Notes: generated from the sequence alone by a model not told the origin. A stretch of 64,000 nt of DNA from Lama glama (GCA_028534125.1 CM052817.1:68450001-68514000); one strand, 5' to 3'. Numbered from the stretch's first letter, positions 1 to 13,750 are shown. Numbers and translations: made by a program.

Positions 1-250
1 CCTCTACCAGCCACCGCCAGCATACCTGAGCTCACAGCTCTCTACTGTCTTTTTAAAATAGCATTCATCACCTTCTGTATACTACCTTGTTTACTTACTT
101 ATAATGTCTATTTTTGCCTCTTATTAGAATATACACCTTTGGAGGACAGAGATCTTTGTCTGTTTCGCTCATTGGTATATCTCAGGAACCTGGATTAATG
201 CCTGGCACATAATAGGCAACTGAATACTCTTGTGGAACATAGAAGTGAAT
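1..250 (+). mobile_element. L2 3' end
   Basis: ggacagagatctttgtctgtttcgctc...tgcctggcacataataggca...gaataaata. Further L2 remnants at ~7250-7660, ~47900-48170 and ~58490-59450. Confidence 0.65.
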
Positions 251-849
251 AAATAGATCAATCGCTCATACCATCTTAAAATAAAATAATCATCATGTAA
301 TCACATTTTCCATCCAAAATCTAGTTTAATATAACACATTTAATCTAAGAGTTTAAAAATATTCTTTCCTGATTGTTACTTATTTTTTATAGTATAAGGA
401 ACTTTAAAAATTGTACTTCCACCCTATTTTTTCTCTTTCTCCCCTCCTTCCCTTCTTTATGGAAATTGGTATTCTATTCAGTGGATTATTAAATCTGAAA
501 ATTCAATATTAGTGAGAAGGGAAATGATGTTAATTTAGAGATAATGCTTCAATGTATATATTTCCTCGCTCCTGAAACTAACTCAGATAATTTTTCCATT
601 ATACTTTTAGTAATTGGAAGTTGGCCTTTGTGAAAGTACACAATTTTTTTTAATGTAAGAGAGATTTAAGAAGCCACCCCTTAGAACAATGTTTCCTCTA
701 GGAAGAAACAAAATACTATTGAAGCTGGATTTTTTTGTCCTTTCATTACTCCTGCAAAAAAAAAAAAAAGGGTTCAAAACAGCAGAAAGTTATTTAAACT
801 TCAAGTAAGTGATCCAGATGGAATAGTTATAATAGCCTTTTTATATCAG

Positions 850-1095
850 AATCCCAGCTGAACCAGAGACCTAAGGTGCTCACTTAGATGGAGATTCCTA
901 ATCCCTACCACACATCGACTGAATTGGACTTTCTAGGGAAACGCTGCTCAGCCTTGAGTGTGTGTATAAGTCACACAGGGACTTTGTTAAAATGAAAGCT
1001 TCAGTTCAGTGGGTCTAGGTTAGGGCCTGAGATTCTGCATTTTCAACAAGCTCACAAGTAATATGGCTGATCTAACCACACTGAATAGTAGGGCT
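850..1095. mobile_element. MER5-type hAT fragments
   Basis: ttcagtgggtctaggttagggcctgagattctgcattttcaacaagctc core. Similar copies at ~9940-10070, ~21945-22110 and ~30230-30390. Confidence 0.6.
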
Positions 1096-2771
1096 CTCAA
1101 CCATAATGGCAGCTCCAATCCAGCAGAACTATTTCTTGAATGAGGGCAGAATTAGCCAGATTTGGATTGTTTAAAATGTAGCAATTGTGCCTAAAATGTA
1201 GCACATAACATCTGGGTCAGTTATAGGACATGATGTAATTTGGATCAGATGCTCTTGTAAGTGGTGGCCACATCACAGAACCAGACTGATGGTTGCTGTG
1301 CTATTCTAGGTCATGAGAATATGCTGAAATTCCACGCGCCACCAGTGAGAGCAAAATTGTTTGCATTTTAGGGATTGTGTTTTGCTGCATACTGTCTGTA
1401 GGTTTTTCTCTCTCATTTCCCTTCTCCAGATTTTTACAGTCTGTGGCTGGTGTGATCACATTGTTCTTAGTTGTGGAATATCATCTCTTTTCTGATTCTG
1501 TGTGGTGATGAGTAGAAAGATTGTTTCTACTGAGAGGTGAAAAGGTCTTCAAACTAATTTGCTTTCTAGTAAACAGTAAGGCCTAGAGAGACCCTGAGAA
1601 GATGCCTGACATCTCTCTGAAGATGAAATTTCAGCGAGTGTTCTGAAGGACTGCCAGTAGGTCAGGTTCTGGTGCTGTGAATCCTGAAAGTTTTCAAGAC
1701 TTTTTATTTATATTTTAATTGGATCCTATGATGACTGGTAAGGAGAAAAAAAAAAAGTTCTCTCTGGAAGATATAAATTGAGTTCTTGGTGAATGTGACC
1801 ACAGTCAGAAATCAGGTATTTTGTGAAGTTGTGTGCACATTTGTCTACAGAGCTGTAATGAAGAGTATCGTGCTCATAGCCGCTCTGTGATTTGGGGTAT
1901 TGTTACCAGATCTTCCTGTGCCTTTGTTTCCTCATCCGTAAGTAGGCATAACAACAGAATCTCCCTCGTTGGGCTGCTATGAAAATTAGGTGAGGGAATG
2001 TTTGTAAAACTCTAACCATAGTGCTGGGCATATAATGAGAACTCAATACACAATAGCTATACTACTTCTGTGATGATGTAGCAACCATATTTATATGGTA
2101 ATGATAACACTTCTTACTTAAAAACATAGCCCTATTTTGTGTTCTAGTTTTGAGTTTATATTTTTCTGATGCTTTTTATTATGCTTTATTACAATTTTAA
2201 TGTTCACAACATTTTAAATGTTATTTTTGGCTAACCAGATCCTTTCAAAACAAATTGTTTTGCAAGTGTGAGCTATCAGGGGAGCAGAGAAAACTGAAAA
2301 TAGCAAACTGTAACTTTATAGATCCTTTACTTACAACCAAATAATTGGAATGGTCTATTTTGTTTAGGTGTTTGTGGTACCTAATTGAACAGCTGTGATG
2401 TTAAAACAGAGACGGTATCACCTCAAATTCTTTACCATGCAAATAGTGATAACAGCCTTTTCAGAGGTGAATCTATCTAGGTGGGAAACTTACATGATGT
2501 GTCTAATAAATACCAGAAATAAAAGCTTCCTTTCTTCCTTTGAAGTGACTCCTGTGGCTGAGTGCATTGCCACCTATCCCCCACAGCAGGTGGGCTTCTG
2601 GGCCTCCCCAGGTGTGTGTGCTGCCCTCGTCCAAGCAGCAAGCAGCCCTGTCAGGGGGCTCGCGGTGGCACCACCTGCGTTCTGTGCCAGGGCTCAGACT
2701 GAGTCCTGACAGTGCCTAACCTTCCTGGCTTCCTTTGGCTTAGAAGAGGGCAAGGGAACAAAACCGCTCTG

Positions 2772-3542
2772 GTGGTAAAACTTGGGGGTCTTTAGAGACG
2801 GCAGAGTGGGAATGAAAGACAGGGGCTCTAAGACGTAGTCCCTTGCCGCGCTCCCCCATCCCCTCCTCTTCCCTCTCCTTCCTTCCTTCTCTCCCTCCTC
2901 GTTCCCTGTCAGAGAGCTCTCTAGATCTGGAAGAGCTGAGTCATCACTGTTATGGTCACACTCAGAAAAGAGCCATCTTTTAGATACTCCGTTCTCCTGG
3001 GATTGCTCCAGGCAGTGCTTCAAGTCGTTCTGAAACTTCATTAGAGGAGGAATAGGGGAGTCACAAAACTAGGGCTCATTTTTGAGTAGCTGTGTCCACC
3101 TTTCCCCAGACACTTGACTTTACCAAGTTCTGCTCTTTACTCTCAGCCCAAAGGAGCCTTTTCAACTTTCTAGATTTTTCCTATGCAGTGAAAGTTTTGG
3201 CAAACAAGGGTTTTTTCTGTGGAGCCCAGCAACACTTAGATTTTTGCAAGTAATCAGTAGATGGCTAAGAATGTCCTCTGATGTACTTAAGGAAACTTCC
3301 AGTCTTTTCCGATCTTTGGAAATCTCTGGAATCTCTTTTCCAATCTTTTTATTTGCTTTTCTGGTGATTTAAAGCTATAATGCATGTGTTCCTTATCTGG
3401 AGAGGGAAAGAAAGGGGCAGGGGAGGGAGGGGACGGGGAGAAGGGAGGAGGGGAGGAGGAGAGAAAGGCAAGAGACGGCTTCTTAAAACCCTTGTCATTC
3501 ACCCCCACTCTGTCATCCCTAAAGATCCCCAGGTTTTGCCAC
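2772..3542. repeat. Imperfect inverted repeat (core arms 2772-2847 and 3467-3542)
   Basis: Hand alignment of the left arm to the reverse complement of the right arm: 60/76 identical with no gaps. A pyrimidine tract and a purine tract extend the arms inward. Confidence 0.85.
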
Positions 3543-4175
3543 GGGAAAGAGCCTTCAGGATATTGGGAAAGTTACATACGTACCATTCTCGTCAGATGAA
3601 CTACACCCCTGAGCAGAGAAAGAATTTAAGACAGTGTTATCTTTAATCTTTTAGTCCTACAACAAATGCCAGAACTGGCCTGGGTAATGTCAGGGGAGCC
3701 ACCCTAGAACAGAAACAGAATTTGCAAACCTACCTTTAATAAACTGTGCTTACATTTTGCTCTAGTAGTTGCTCTTTGGAAGAGGTCTGGCAGCGGGAAG
3801 TGTGTATGATAACATTTACAGGTACTTCACTGTGCTGACTTGTAATGCTTCTTGGTAAAAATAAGCAGTTGACTCTTTGGGAAAACTCATTTATGGATGC
3901 AGGTTATATATTAATATACCCCTGGGGAAAATATATTTACTAGAAAGCGCTGGGCGAGAGTTCCTTTTAAGAAGTTTCCTGCTTATCTGTGCGGCTCCTC
4001 ACAGGCTGCAGGGCTCTCGGGTTCCCCAGCCCTTAGGAACGTCCTGGGCCCCTAAGCCCCGTGCAGCCACGTGTTCATCCGGCTGCCTGCTTGCTTTGGT
4101 GCCCATACTCTCCCTTTGTCTCAGTTCATGCAGAAGGTTGTAAGACGCAACGGGAGAGAAGTTTATTTTTTTTTT

Positions 4176-4675
4176 NNNNNNNNNNNNNNNNNNNNNNNNN
4201 NNNNNNNNNNNNNNNNNNNNNNNNNNNNNNNNNNNNNNNNNNNNNNNNNNNNNNNNNNNNNNNNNNNNNNNNNNNNNNNNNNNNNNNNNNNNNNNNNNNN
4301 NNNNNNNNNNNNNNNNNNNNNNNNNNNNNNNNNNNNNNNNNNNNNNNNNNNNNNNNNNNNNNNNNNNNNNNNNNNNNNNNNNNNNNNNNNNNNNNNNNNN
4401 NNNNNNNNNNNNNNNNNNNNNNNNNNNNNNNNNNNNNNNNNNNNNNNNNNNNNNNNNNNNNNNNNNNNNNNNNNNNNNNNNNNNNNNNNNNNNNNNNNNN
4501 NNNNNNNNNNNNNNNNNNNNNNNNNNNNNNNNNNNNNNNNNNNNNNNNNNNNNNNNNNNNNNNNNNNNNNNNNNNNNNNNNNNNNNNNNNNNNNNNNNNN
4601 NNNNNNNNNNNNNNNNNNNNNNNNNNNNNNNNNNNNNNNNNNNNNNNNNNNNNNNNNNNNNNNNNNNNNNNNNNN
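4176..4675. other. Assembly gap (500 N)
   Basis: Run of N. Confidence 1.
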
Positions 4676-4819
4676 CCAGGCTATTCCCTCCCCCCACTGC
4701 CGTGCCCTGTCCCTCACCCAAATCTCACATAGCATCCTCTGCTTCTCCTTTAAATCATTTGTTCCATGGGAGACTGTTAGATGTCTGTCTTCACCTCTAG
4801 AATGTGGATCCCATTAAAG

Positions 4820-5420
4820 TGGCTGTCTCATTGTGGTTTTGATTTGCATTTCCCTGATGATTACTGACGTTGAATACCTTTTCATATACCCGTTAGCCAT
4901 TAGTATATCTTTCTTTATAAAAAATGTTTATTCAGATCTTCTCATTTTTTTTAACAGATTATTATTCTTTTTGGCTACTCAGTTGTATGAGTATTAACCC
5001 CTTTATCAGACATACAATTTACAAATATTTTCTCCAATTCAGTAATTTGGCTTTTTGTTTTGTTGATGGTCTCCTTTGGTGTGCAGAGGCTTTTTAGTCT
5101 GACGGAGTCCCCCTTTTGTTTTTGTTGCCTGGGCTTTTGGTGTCAGATCCAAAAAACCATCACTAAGACTGCTGTCAAGGAGCCTACTGCCTCTGTTTCC
5201 TTGTAGGAGTTTTATGGTCTCAGGTCTCAACATTTCAAGTCTTCAATCCATTCTGAATTAATTTCTGTGTATGGAGTAAGATAGCGGCCAGTTTCATCCT
5301 TTTGCATGTGGCTGTCCAGCTTTTCCAACAATATTTATTGAGAAGACTCTCCTTTCCCCATTGTATATTCTTGGTTCTTTTGTCATAAATTAATTGATTA
5401 CATAAGTGTGTATTTCCTCT
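4820..5420 (-). mobile_element. L1 ORF2 3' fragment
   Basis: Minus-strand ORFs read QLIYDKRTKNIQWGKESLLNKYCWKSWTATCKRMKL and RPETIKLL, typical of the L1 ORF2 C-terminus. Confidence 0.9.
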
Positions 5421-7675
5421 CACTGTTTTTTCTAGTCTGTTTTTCGTTTGTTCACTTTTCTTGTTCACTTTCTAGTTGAAATCATGCTACTTGAATGATT
5501 TTTTCCCTGCTACTTATTTCACTTACTATTCCAGGGAGCAGGTAGGGGATTTTCTCTTGACACTTCAGTGGGATGCTCTCCCCCACCCATTCTGCTATGT
5601 GTGAGGAAGGAGGGTTAGTTCAGTAATTGGGCAGAGCCACAGACTGGAGCTCACAAACCTGTAAGAACTCAGAGCTGCCGAGCATTTCAGGTCTCTAAAT
5701 CCCTTGGAATGTTTCCCAGTGAAGTGATGAAGGTGTGCCTGGTCATCTGCTGCTAAATCAAATGGTTCTTGGAAACCAAGTGCCTAAAATACTCATGAAC
5801 CATCTGGCGTTTTGCAAGTTGTTAGTTGGCAAATTCCTTGGGTTTCTATTTTCCAAATGTGTGTTCTCATCGCTTCCTTTCAACCTCATCCCATCCTGCT
5901 TTCTTCATTTCTCAGCATCCTCCAGACCCGGGGAACTCCTTTCTCCAGAGGTTCCGAGCACTTTCTTTGTACTTGCTGCCTGAAGCAGCCTCTCCTCCCT
6001 GACTCCAGCACTTTGCTTTTTTTGCCTGGAAGGTTCCGTGCTCTTTCCCTCTCAGTCTGTCTCTGAATGGCGCTTCTTCAGAGAAGACATCCCTAATCTC
6101 CCTCTATAAGACAGGCCCTGTGCCAGCAAACCTTTGTACCACCCTGCCCCTCTGCACCAAGACTCTATTTACCATTTAACCATCCTCCATCTGGAAAAAA
6201 GGGGGCTGACAAAGTGTCCTAATGCCCCTAAAATAGGGCACTGTAAGACTTGAGCTATTCCAACCCAGAGATAATTTGTATAAGTTACCCCAAGAGAAGG
6301 GAGTAAAAAAAGTGATTGTTCTATAGGTTTAGGGTTTTGTTTTTTTCTTTTAAACTTTCTCTTCATCATGAGAAATGAAGCATGCTTGCCTACAACTTTA
6401 TATTTCTAATGAATAAGAGGCAGTCTACCCCTCAGAGGCCCAAATGGAAAAAGGAAAGCTGGAATTAGATGTGATGGTTGTCAGTCATCTGGGTGTAAAA
6501 GAGAGTGGCCAGTTGCCTCCCCCAGGGCACCTGTGATCAGGTAGCGTCCCCAGATCTCGTCCACTGACCAGCTTTTCTTCCGTTGTCTCAGGCTGTGTGT
6601 AAATGTATAAATGTGAGTGGCAGGGGTAGCGGGAGGTGGAAGGAAAAGAAGGGGCGCCACTGTTCAGACTTTGGAAACAAAAAGGAAAGAAATTTTAAAG
6701 TAGTAAGCTAAGAATAAATCAGTGCAAATACTATAGGATTGTTACCTAATGTAGACAATTCTTGCTAAAAATAATTGGAACATGGTTGAAAAGGAACCCT
6801 TTTGGTCAATGTCTGTTCCTTGGTGTTCCACATCTTTTACTCCCTGCCTTATAAAAATAGAGCTAATTAAGTTCTGGCAAAGAAAAGGGAGGATTCCCTG
6901 GTCATGGGCCAAGAATTCCCCTCCCCACCAGCAACATTTTCACACACTCCCCACCTCCAACCCAGTCACTCTCCCTGACATCATCTGGTGTTTTTCCGTC
7001 CTAGCCCACATCAGAATTTAGAGGTGTGGCGTTCACAGGACCAGGTCCTTGTTGGTCTTGTTCACACTTTCACCCTCTCTCCTCGGGACCTACCCCAGCA
7101 CTTGGTGTAGGGTGGCAATCAGATCTGCTTTGAATGAGTAACTAACTGTAGATTCATGTGAATCCATTTTCTTTTAAAGCATATTCTAAAGCTCTGTGCC
7201 ACTTGCTTCCTTTGAGGAAAAGGGTTGACAAAGTACATAGGTTTCTGACAAGCTCTTCCCACTCGTTTAGTAAACACTTAGTGAGTGCCTGTCACTAGGG
7301 CAGGCGCTGGAAATGCCCCATGAATAAGGCATGACTGATGCCCTCCGAGACCTTGGAGGCCAGCAGAGGGACAGACACGCATACGTGTAAGTAACTGTAA
7401 TTCTTTATGAATGAGCATAATAGAGGCATGTAAACATGGGCCTTCGAAGTGGGGAAGAATTTAATTCGCCTGGAACATGAACATTTCTGCCCTGGGAGTG
7501 CTATTTATGCTGAGCCTTGAATGGGGAGGGAAGTTTATCAGGTTAATTAGCAGGAACAAGAGCATCCCAAGCTGGGGATGGGGTCAGAGATGTGAAAAAT
7601 GAATGGCATGTTTGGACAGTCCTGTGTGTTTTGGGGGTTGGATTGTGAAGGCTGTGGCTAGGAGTTTGGATTTGA

Positions 7676-7799
7676 TTTTTTGTTTAAGCTTTTATTTATT
7701 TAGTTAGTTCTTTGTTGTTGTTAATGGAGGTACTGGGAATTGAACCCAGGACCTTGTGCACGCTAAGCGTGTGCTCTGCCACTGAGCTCTACACCCGCC
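7676..7799 (-). mobile_element. Camelid tRNA-derived SINE (Vic-1-like)
   Basis: Reverse complement has an A box (agctcagtggcagagc), a B box (gggttcaattccc) and an A-rich tail. Flanked by a TSD-like pair tggatttga / tggatctga. Confidence 0.8.
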
Positions 7800-8325
7800 T
7801 GGATCTGACTGTAAAGGAGCCAGGGAACCTGCTTGAGCCCCAAGAGGCTATGGTAGGAAGTACAGCTTAGAGTGTGACAGGGACAGACGAGAGTTCACTG
7901 GAGAGGGTGGATGCTGTGGTTAGAAAATCGAAATATTCACTGCAATTGCAGCATTTTTCCAATAAAACAGCCTCAGAGTTCATAATGTATCTTTCATAGA
8001 AACACATTTTAGAATTTCATAGAGATATTTTGCTAGAAATTGGAAGCTGTTTAAAAATGTATTTTCCAGATAGGATTTTGAATGTATTTTATGTTGAATT
8101 TTAGAAACTTTTGAAAATCATTTAAAAAAAATTTTACACAGATAAATGTTACAGTGTACGTCTCTGCAGAACAAACTTCATGAATTTTCATGTGAACTGT
8201 AATTGAATGTTTTGGATTCTTCCAAGATGAGTGAAATGCCTAGGTCTTGCCCCTGCCTCACTGTTAAAGGCAATGCCTCGTTGTCAATACCTCATCACAG
8301 CAAAACAAAACTCTCTCTCTTGCAG

Positions 8326-8412
8326 TCCCACGGCAGCCTTCAAATGACTTGTTTGAAATATTTGAAATTGAAAGAGGAGTCAGTGCAGATGATGAAGCAA
8401 AGGATGATCCAG
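8326..8412 (+). CDS. NPNT: Nephronectin internal coding exon (87 nt, phase 1-1), linker with the LFEIFEIER integrin alpha8beta1 enhancer site
   Basis: Acceptor ctctctctcttgcag, donor G/gtaggt. Translates xPRQPSNDLFEIFEIERGVSADDEAKDDP(G), matching the nephronectin segment that follows the RGD motif. Confidence 0.95.
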
Positions 8413-8898
8413 GTAGGTACCTGCATTCTTAGTATCGTTTTAATGACATTTGATTTTTTCCCTTTATTTCATGAAAATAACTTTGTAGATTGTTTGATTA
8501 CAGCTGAGAAAATTATACTTTTTTTACAACTTGATTTCCTCTGTAGTTAAGTCAGTTGAGCAAAAACGGTGACTCATCACTATCTTCTTTTTTTAAAAAA
8601 AAATATTAAAGCAGCATTTAAACTGAGGAGGAAATCATATTGTATAAGTGATGACATAACAAGGTCATCATTTGGCACCATTCATGTGTTCTGTTATTAC
8701 AGCTGAGCACATGTGCACAATTGTGCTGAGAAAGGGTATTGTGATTTCCTTCTGACCTCACGGAGGTGTTCTGGCAGGATAGCTGAGTGTGGATAGGAGA
8801 GAGCACTTGCTGTACAGACAGCTCTGGTTCACAAATTCATTTTTGTTGTTAGCTGTCGGGTCAATGGTCTACTTATCTTTCTGGTCACTTCCTTGCAG

Positions 8899-8997
8899 GT
8901 GTTCTGATACACAGTTGTAATTTTGACCATGGGCTTTGTGGATGGATCCGGGAAAAAGACAGTGACCTGCACTGGGAACCAGTGAGGGATCCAGCAG
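8899..8997 (+). CDS. NPNT: Nephronectin coding exon (99 nt), start of the MAM domain
   Basis: Acceptor cacttccttgcag, donor CAG/gtaaga. Translates (G)VLIHSCNFDHGLCGWIREKDSDLHWEPVRDPA(G), with the CxF...CGW MAM signature. Phase is compatible with both neighbouring exons. Confidence 0.96.
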
Positions 8998-11049
8998 GTA
9001 AGACCATTCATCTCACCCAACACATTTCAGTTGGAGCCCATCTGAGGCCCCCAGTTCTGCTGATCAGGTATACTGGGACACAGCTCTGTGTCGACTTAAT
9101 AAGAGGGCAAAGGCAGCTTGTCCAGGATCCATCTTCCATTTTTTCAGGTGAAAACTGAATTTGTTAGCTATCAATTAGAATTATAAGATGACAAGCAGTT
9201 TATTAAAAGTCCAGCTAATTTCTTTCAAAAAATAAAAACTTTGGCGAACATAAAATGTGTAGATTCATCCTAACATATAATCTTCAAAGTTATTTGCAGT
9301 GCCCCATTCCCAGGCGTCGAAGAAGTAATACAGTAGGACAGCAGCCATCACAGTAGCCCCTTGTTTTCTCGATGATGTTGTTTTTATTTTTTTAAGATGC
9401 AGTCAGTAGAAGGAGACAGCGGACATTTCTGTGAGATTGTGAATCTCTCTGAAAAAACCCAGTCTGATTTGGATGCTGGAGAAATTAGTTACAAATTACC
9501 ACCACTTATTCCACAAGAGAATGTTATTAGAGAGGTAGATTTAAATATAGGCCCTTGGGAAATTAACAGACTTAAATTGCACACGTCCTATTAATCCAAG
9601 GTTTTCAGGGCTTTTAAGACATTTTATTGTCTTGTTTCAGGAAGCAAAGCTACATACTGCTGTTGGTTTGTTTTTTTGTTTTCCCACCCTTTCAGTAGTT
9701 AAATCTTTTATGGGTGAGGCCAACTTAATGGACAGCTGAGGAGTTTTGTTTCTTTCTTTCTTTTTTTTTTTTTGCCTTTTTAATACTCCTGATTCTAGAC
9801 TCAAGGATGAAAGATACAAGACATGAAGAAGAAGTATGTTACTTGTTTCAAAAGCCTGGTTCCTAAATACCATCCCAGGCACAGAGACAGAGCACAGAGC
9901 ACGTACAGTTAACCTGAGAGAGGATGTGTTCTAAGCCAGTTCTTCTCAACTTCCTGGGCGCGTACAGACCGGCCGGGGCCTTGTTGAAATGTACATTTTG
10001 ATGTGTTTCTCACACGTTCCTGGGGGATAATTTTGGTATTAGTCCCTGATGCACATTTTGAGTAGCAAGGTATTAAAGGATTAGTGCAAAAATGTATTTA
10101 TTAGATCCCCTAAGATTGAACTGTTAGAGATATTAAAAAATGAAAATGGGAGGTAAGCTTTTAAAAAATGAATATCCAATAAATTCAATGGGGTTTTAGA
10201 TTTCTTTGAGCTCGAAAATGATTTTTCATGCCACACACACGCCGGTACAGTCCCTCTCATTCTCACTTTCATGTTTACCTTCTCACTTATTTAAAATTAA
10301 CTCCGAGCAGGACATTATTATTAATGTCGCCGATATCTGTGAATAGTTGTTTAATAGCTACTATAGTTCTGACTCATTCATTATCTCAGTTTTATTTAAT
10401 CTTCTTATTCACCCTGTGAAACAGGTAATACTGTTTTCATTTCACAAAGGCCCAGAACTTACATCAGCTTCCTGAGGCCGCAGAGCTAAAGAATGGACTT
10501 CGCGTCCAGGCCTCTCTGCACTGCCCGCGCAGCCACCTTGGCGGTTCAATACCCAGACAGCTGCAGCCTTATTCTGGGGTTTTCCGCACTCACCATCTGG
10601 CCTCCACGTCCGGGGTTGGTGTGCACGATCCGATTAGCAGATCTCAGGCCTGTGGAGTTGAGTGACGGCTGACCTGGAGCAGCTGACTAGGGGAGAGAGG
10701 TCCTGTAGCAAGCCTGTGTAATGCAGTGGGGAATAATGTTCATGGTCATAATTAATCATTCTTTCAGGTGAGGCACACCAGGGAGAGTGACTCATGCTAA
10801 GCTCAGAAGAATTCATTGCACTTCTATGTGGACAGTCTATGTAAAACAATTGATTTTTAGAATTTAAATACCATTTTTTAGTACTTTTCAACACTTTTTA
10901 TTATTCATCACATACGTAAATGTTGAAATTTGTTGTGACCCCAAATCCACTTGCCCTCTGATAGAAAAATGAGAAGAGGACTGGCAATTAGAATGGTTGA
11001 CAAAAAAAGGTTTGAAATGGTCGTCTGGCTGTGATAATACAGAACAAGC

Positions 11050-11900
11050 TGAAAGGAAGTGGTGGCTGCTTGGGTGATAGGGCAGCTCCTGGTGATTGGC
11101 TCTGGCTCCCAGGATGCTCTTCTGGGGTTGCTCCAGGTCTTTACTAACAACTTGGATGAACTGGATATTGGAGGCATACTAACCAGTCTGCAGATGACTT
11201 AAGGCAGAGGAGACAGTTGCTGTGTGTGCTGATACAGCCAGCATCCAGAAGATTAGATCAGTAGGTCACACTTAGGCTGAAATCTAATGGGGATGAATAC
11301 AAGGTGTAGCTCGTGGTCTAGAAACCACCTACACAACCGTGGGAGGTCAAAGATGTGATTCAGCAGTTAAGTGTGAAAGACTTCAGTGTTTTAGTGGGTC
11401 ATGAAATCAACCCTGTGTTGTTGCAGCCAAAAAGTTGGCACATTTAAGTAGAAACAGATATGTTTTTCAAGAATGGAAAATACCCTTTGGGGTGTTCTTT
11501 ACTGTCTGAGAAGAATAGAAGTAATTATAGGCACTAGGAAGAAAATGCTCTGGCTGGAGAGGTATCTCAAAGCCTGTAGAAAAACCAGTGAGGAGCCCAG
11601 CAGTTTCAACCTGGAGAAGAAATAATGGAGCAGGGCAGCTTTTCAGATGCATGGCCAACAAATCTATCTCAGTTGTTCCGTCACTACCAGGGGATGAGAA
11701 GTTGGATCAGTAGGTGAAAACTACAGGGGGATGGATTTTTGTCACTCTTAGAACGTCTCCATAGAGCTGTCTAGAGAGAAATCAGGCTGATAGAGGAGCA
11801 TGGGGCTCGGTGGAGCCGTTTGACTGGACGACATGACAAGGTGCTGTTTTGAGAATTAGACAAAAGTCAGATTAAAAGATCTCTTACACTGGCTCTGGGA
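11050..11900 (+). mobile_element. Highly degraded L3/CR1 fragment in NPNT intron
   Basis: Remnants resembling the RT PQGSVLG...FINDLD...ADD region (cccaggatgctcttctgggg...tttactaacaacttggatgaa...gcagatgac) and the CR1 3' region. Confidence 0.55.
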
Positions 11901-13189
11901 GCCTGTGATTCAGAATGAAATGTCCCAGGTAATCCGAGGAGATCAGGCAGCAGGGTTCTGGCTTAGAAAATGGGTGGAAAGACCAAATATGGCAGATAGT
12001 TGGAAGAAGGGATAGGAGGAGGGGCACAGCATAGCATATGTCAAGGTGGAACTGCAGGTGGGCTTTTTAGAATATGTCAGGAAAGTCTAACCATATACAG
12101 ATTCTAACGCATCCAGATGGGAAGTGCCGAGGAAGCTTACTTTTCCGTGCCTGTTTTTCTTCCAGGGAGTTCAGGTGGGGTTGTGTATGTGTATCACATA
12201 TGAAGGCCAGGAAAGACTATAAGCCATGTAATAAATTATTTTTGCATATTATTCTAGTGACCAAACTAATTGCTTGTTTCTCTCTAGATTATACCATTTG
12301 TAAAGGAACGTATGTTTGGATTTCCACGATTCTGATTGATTTTTATGTTGTGCATTTCTTATCTAAGATCCAGATTTGCAAATATTCTTAAATGCTAATA
12401 CCTCTAAGAAAACTCTCAGTTAAACAAACTTACAATTTTGAGAAGCAAGTGCATTTGCTCTCCCTCCTTCCTGGGGCTCGTTAGGTTTTGTTTATCATCA
12501 CATTCAGTCTTGAACTTAATTGTGAGAAGGTGAAATTAATCCATCCTCTAGGGAATGGAAAGTTGTGCTGCAGACAGATGTGGTGTGTGCTACAGGCTTA
12601 CAACTGTGGCCCTGAACACACGCCCTTCTCCTGTAGCGTCGAGGCCAAAGTTGAGGCCCTTTTCCTGGAACACTAATCCCTGGGGATCAAGAGTTAAAGG
12701 CAACTGACTCAGCACTCTTTCTGCTACCCATAGCCACAAGCAATTCATTTAAATATAAGACAAGTATGCCAGCATGTACCTACAAGTATGTCCATTGCAG
12801 CATTAAAAAACATTACTTTCAAATACATGTAAATGGACAAATAAATCAACAGGGAAAATGAAAGCTCCCTCCCATCCCTGGCTCCCAGTCATCCTACCCG
12901 GATGCAACCAGCTTCTTGGTTATCTTTCTGGAGTTAGATTTTTCCACACACCAGCCCCCACTTCAGTACCTTCTGTCACTTAACCACATTATCTTAAGAG
13001 TTAACGTGAGTGTGGACTCTGAAGCCAGGATGCCTGGGCTGAAACCCAGCACCACCACTGATGAGCTTTGATCTCGAGCAGGTTTACTTAAATGGGGTAA
13101 TCAGTAGTGTCTACATACGTAAAGCATTTAAAGCAGTCCCGGGCCCAGAGTTACCATCAGAATAGTATTAGTTATTGTGGTTGAAGACT

Positions 13190-13750
13190 GCCGTGTATCA
13201 GTATGCACAGAATACCCTCATTCTTACTAATGACAGTTAGTTACTCCCTCACTCCTTCCATGTGTTTAACCTGCCGTCCACTGAGGAACATTTCAGTTGT
13301 TTCCAGTCTTCTGGTAGTTCAGACAATGCTATAGTAAGTAACTTTGTACAGATGTCATTTCATGTATGTTTGAATGTATCTTTAGGATAAATTTCTACAT
13401 GTAAATTTTCTGGGTCAAAGGGAATTTGCAGTTTGAATTTGGGTAGATTTTACTAAAATGCCCTTCAAAAGGAGGGAAGCAGTTTATGCTCACACCAACA
13501 ATATTTAGAACCATCTCTAACACAGATCTTTTTTTTTTCATCTTTGTCAAGCTTATAGGTGACAAGGCATCTCAGTTTTAATTTGCATTTCTTTCGGTGA
13601 GAAAAGTTAACCATCTTTTCATTTATTCAAGTCTTTATTTTCCTGTGATGCCCTTTATTTTTCCTTTGTGTTCTTATTCTTGATTTGTAAAAGGTCCTTA
13701 TGTAAAAAAGAAACTCAGCCTTTTTTTATGTTGCCGATATTTAATTTTTT
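13190..13750 (-). mobile_element. Old L1 (L1ME-like) 3' fragment
   Basis: T-rich sequence with L1 reverse-strand motifs (gttgtttccagtct, ctgggtcaaaggg, gttttaatttgcatttct). Confidence 0.65.

Noticed and set aside
3999..4817. Long ORFs of 190-248 aa
   Set aside because: Artefacts of the 500-N gap.
8203..8550. 115-aa ORF overlapping the 87-nt exon
   Set aside because: Different frame from the real NPNT exon and no recognisable product.
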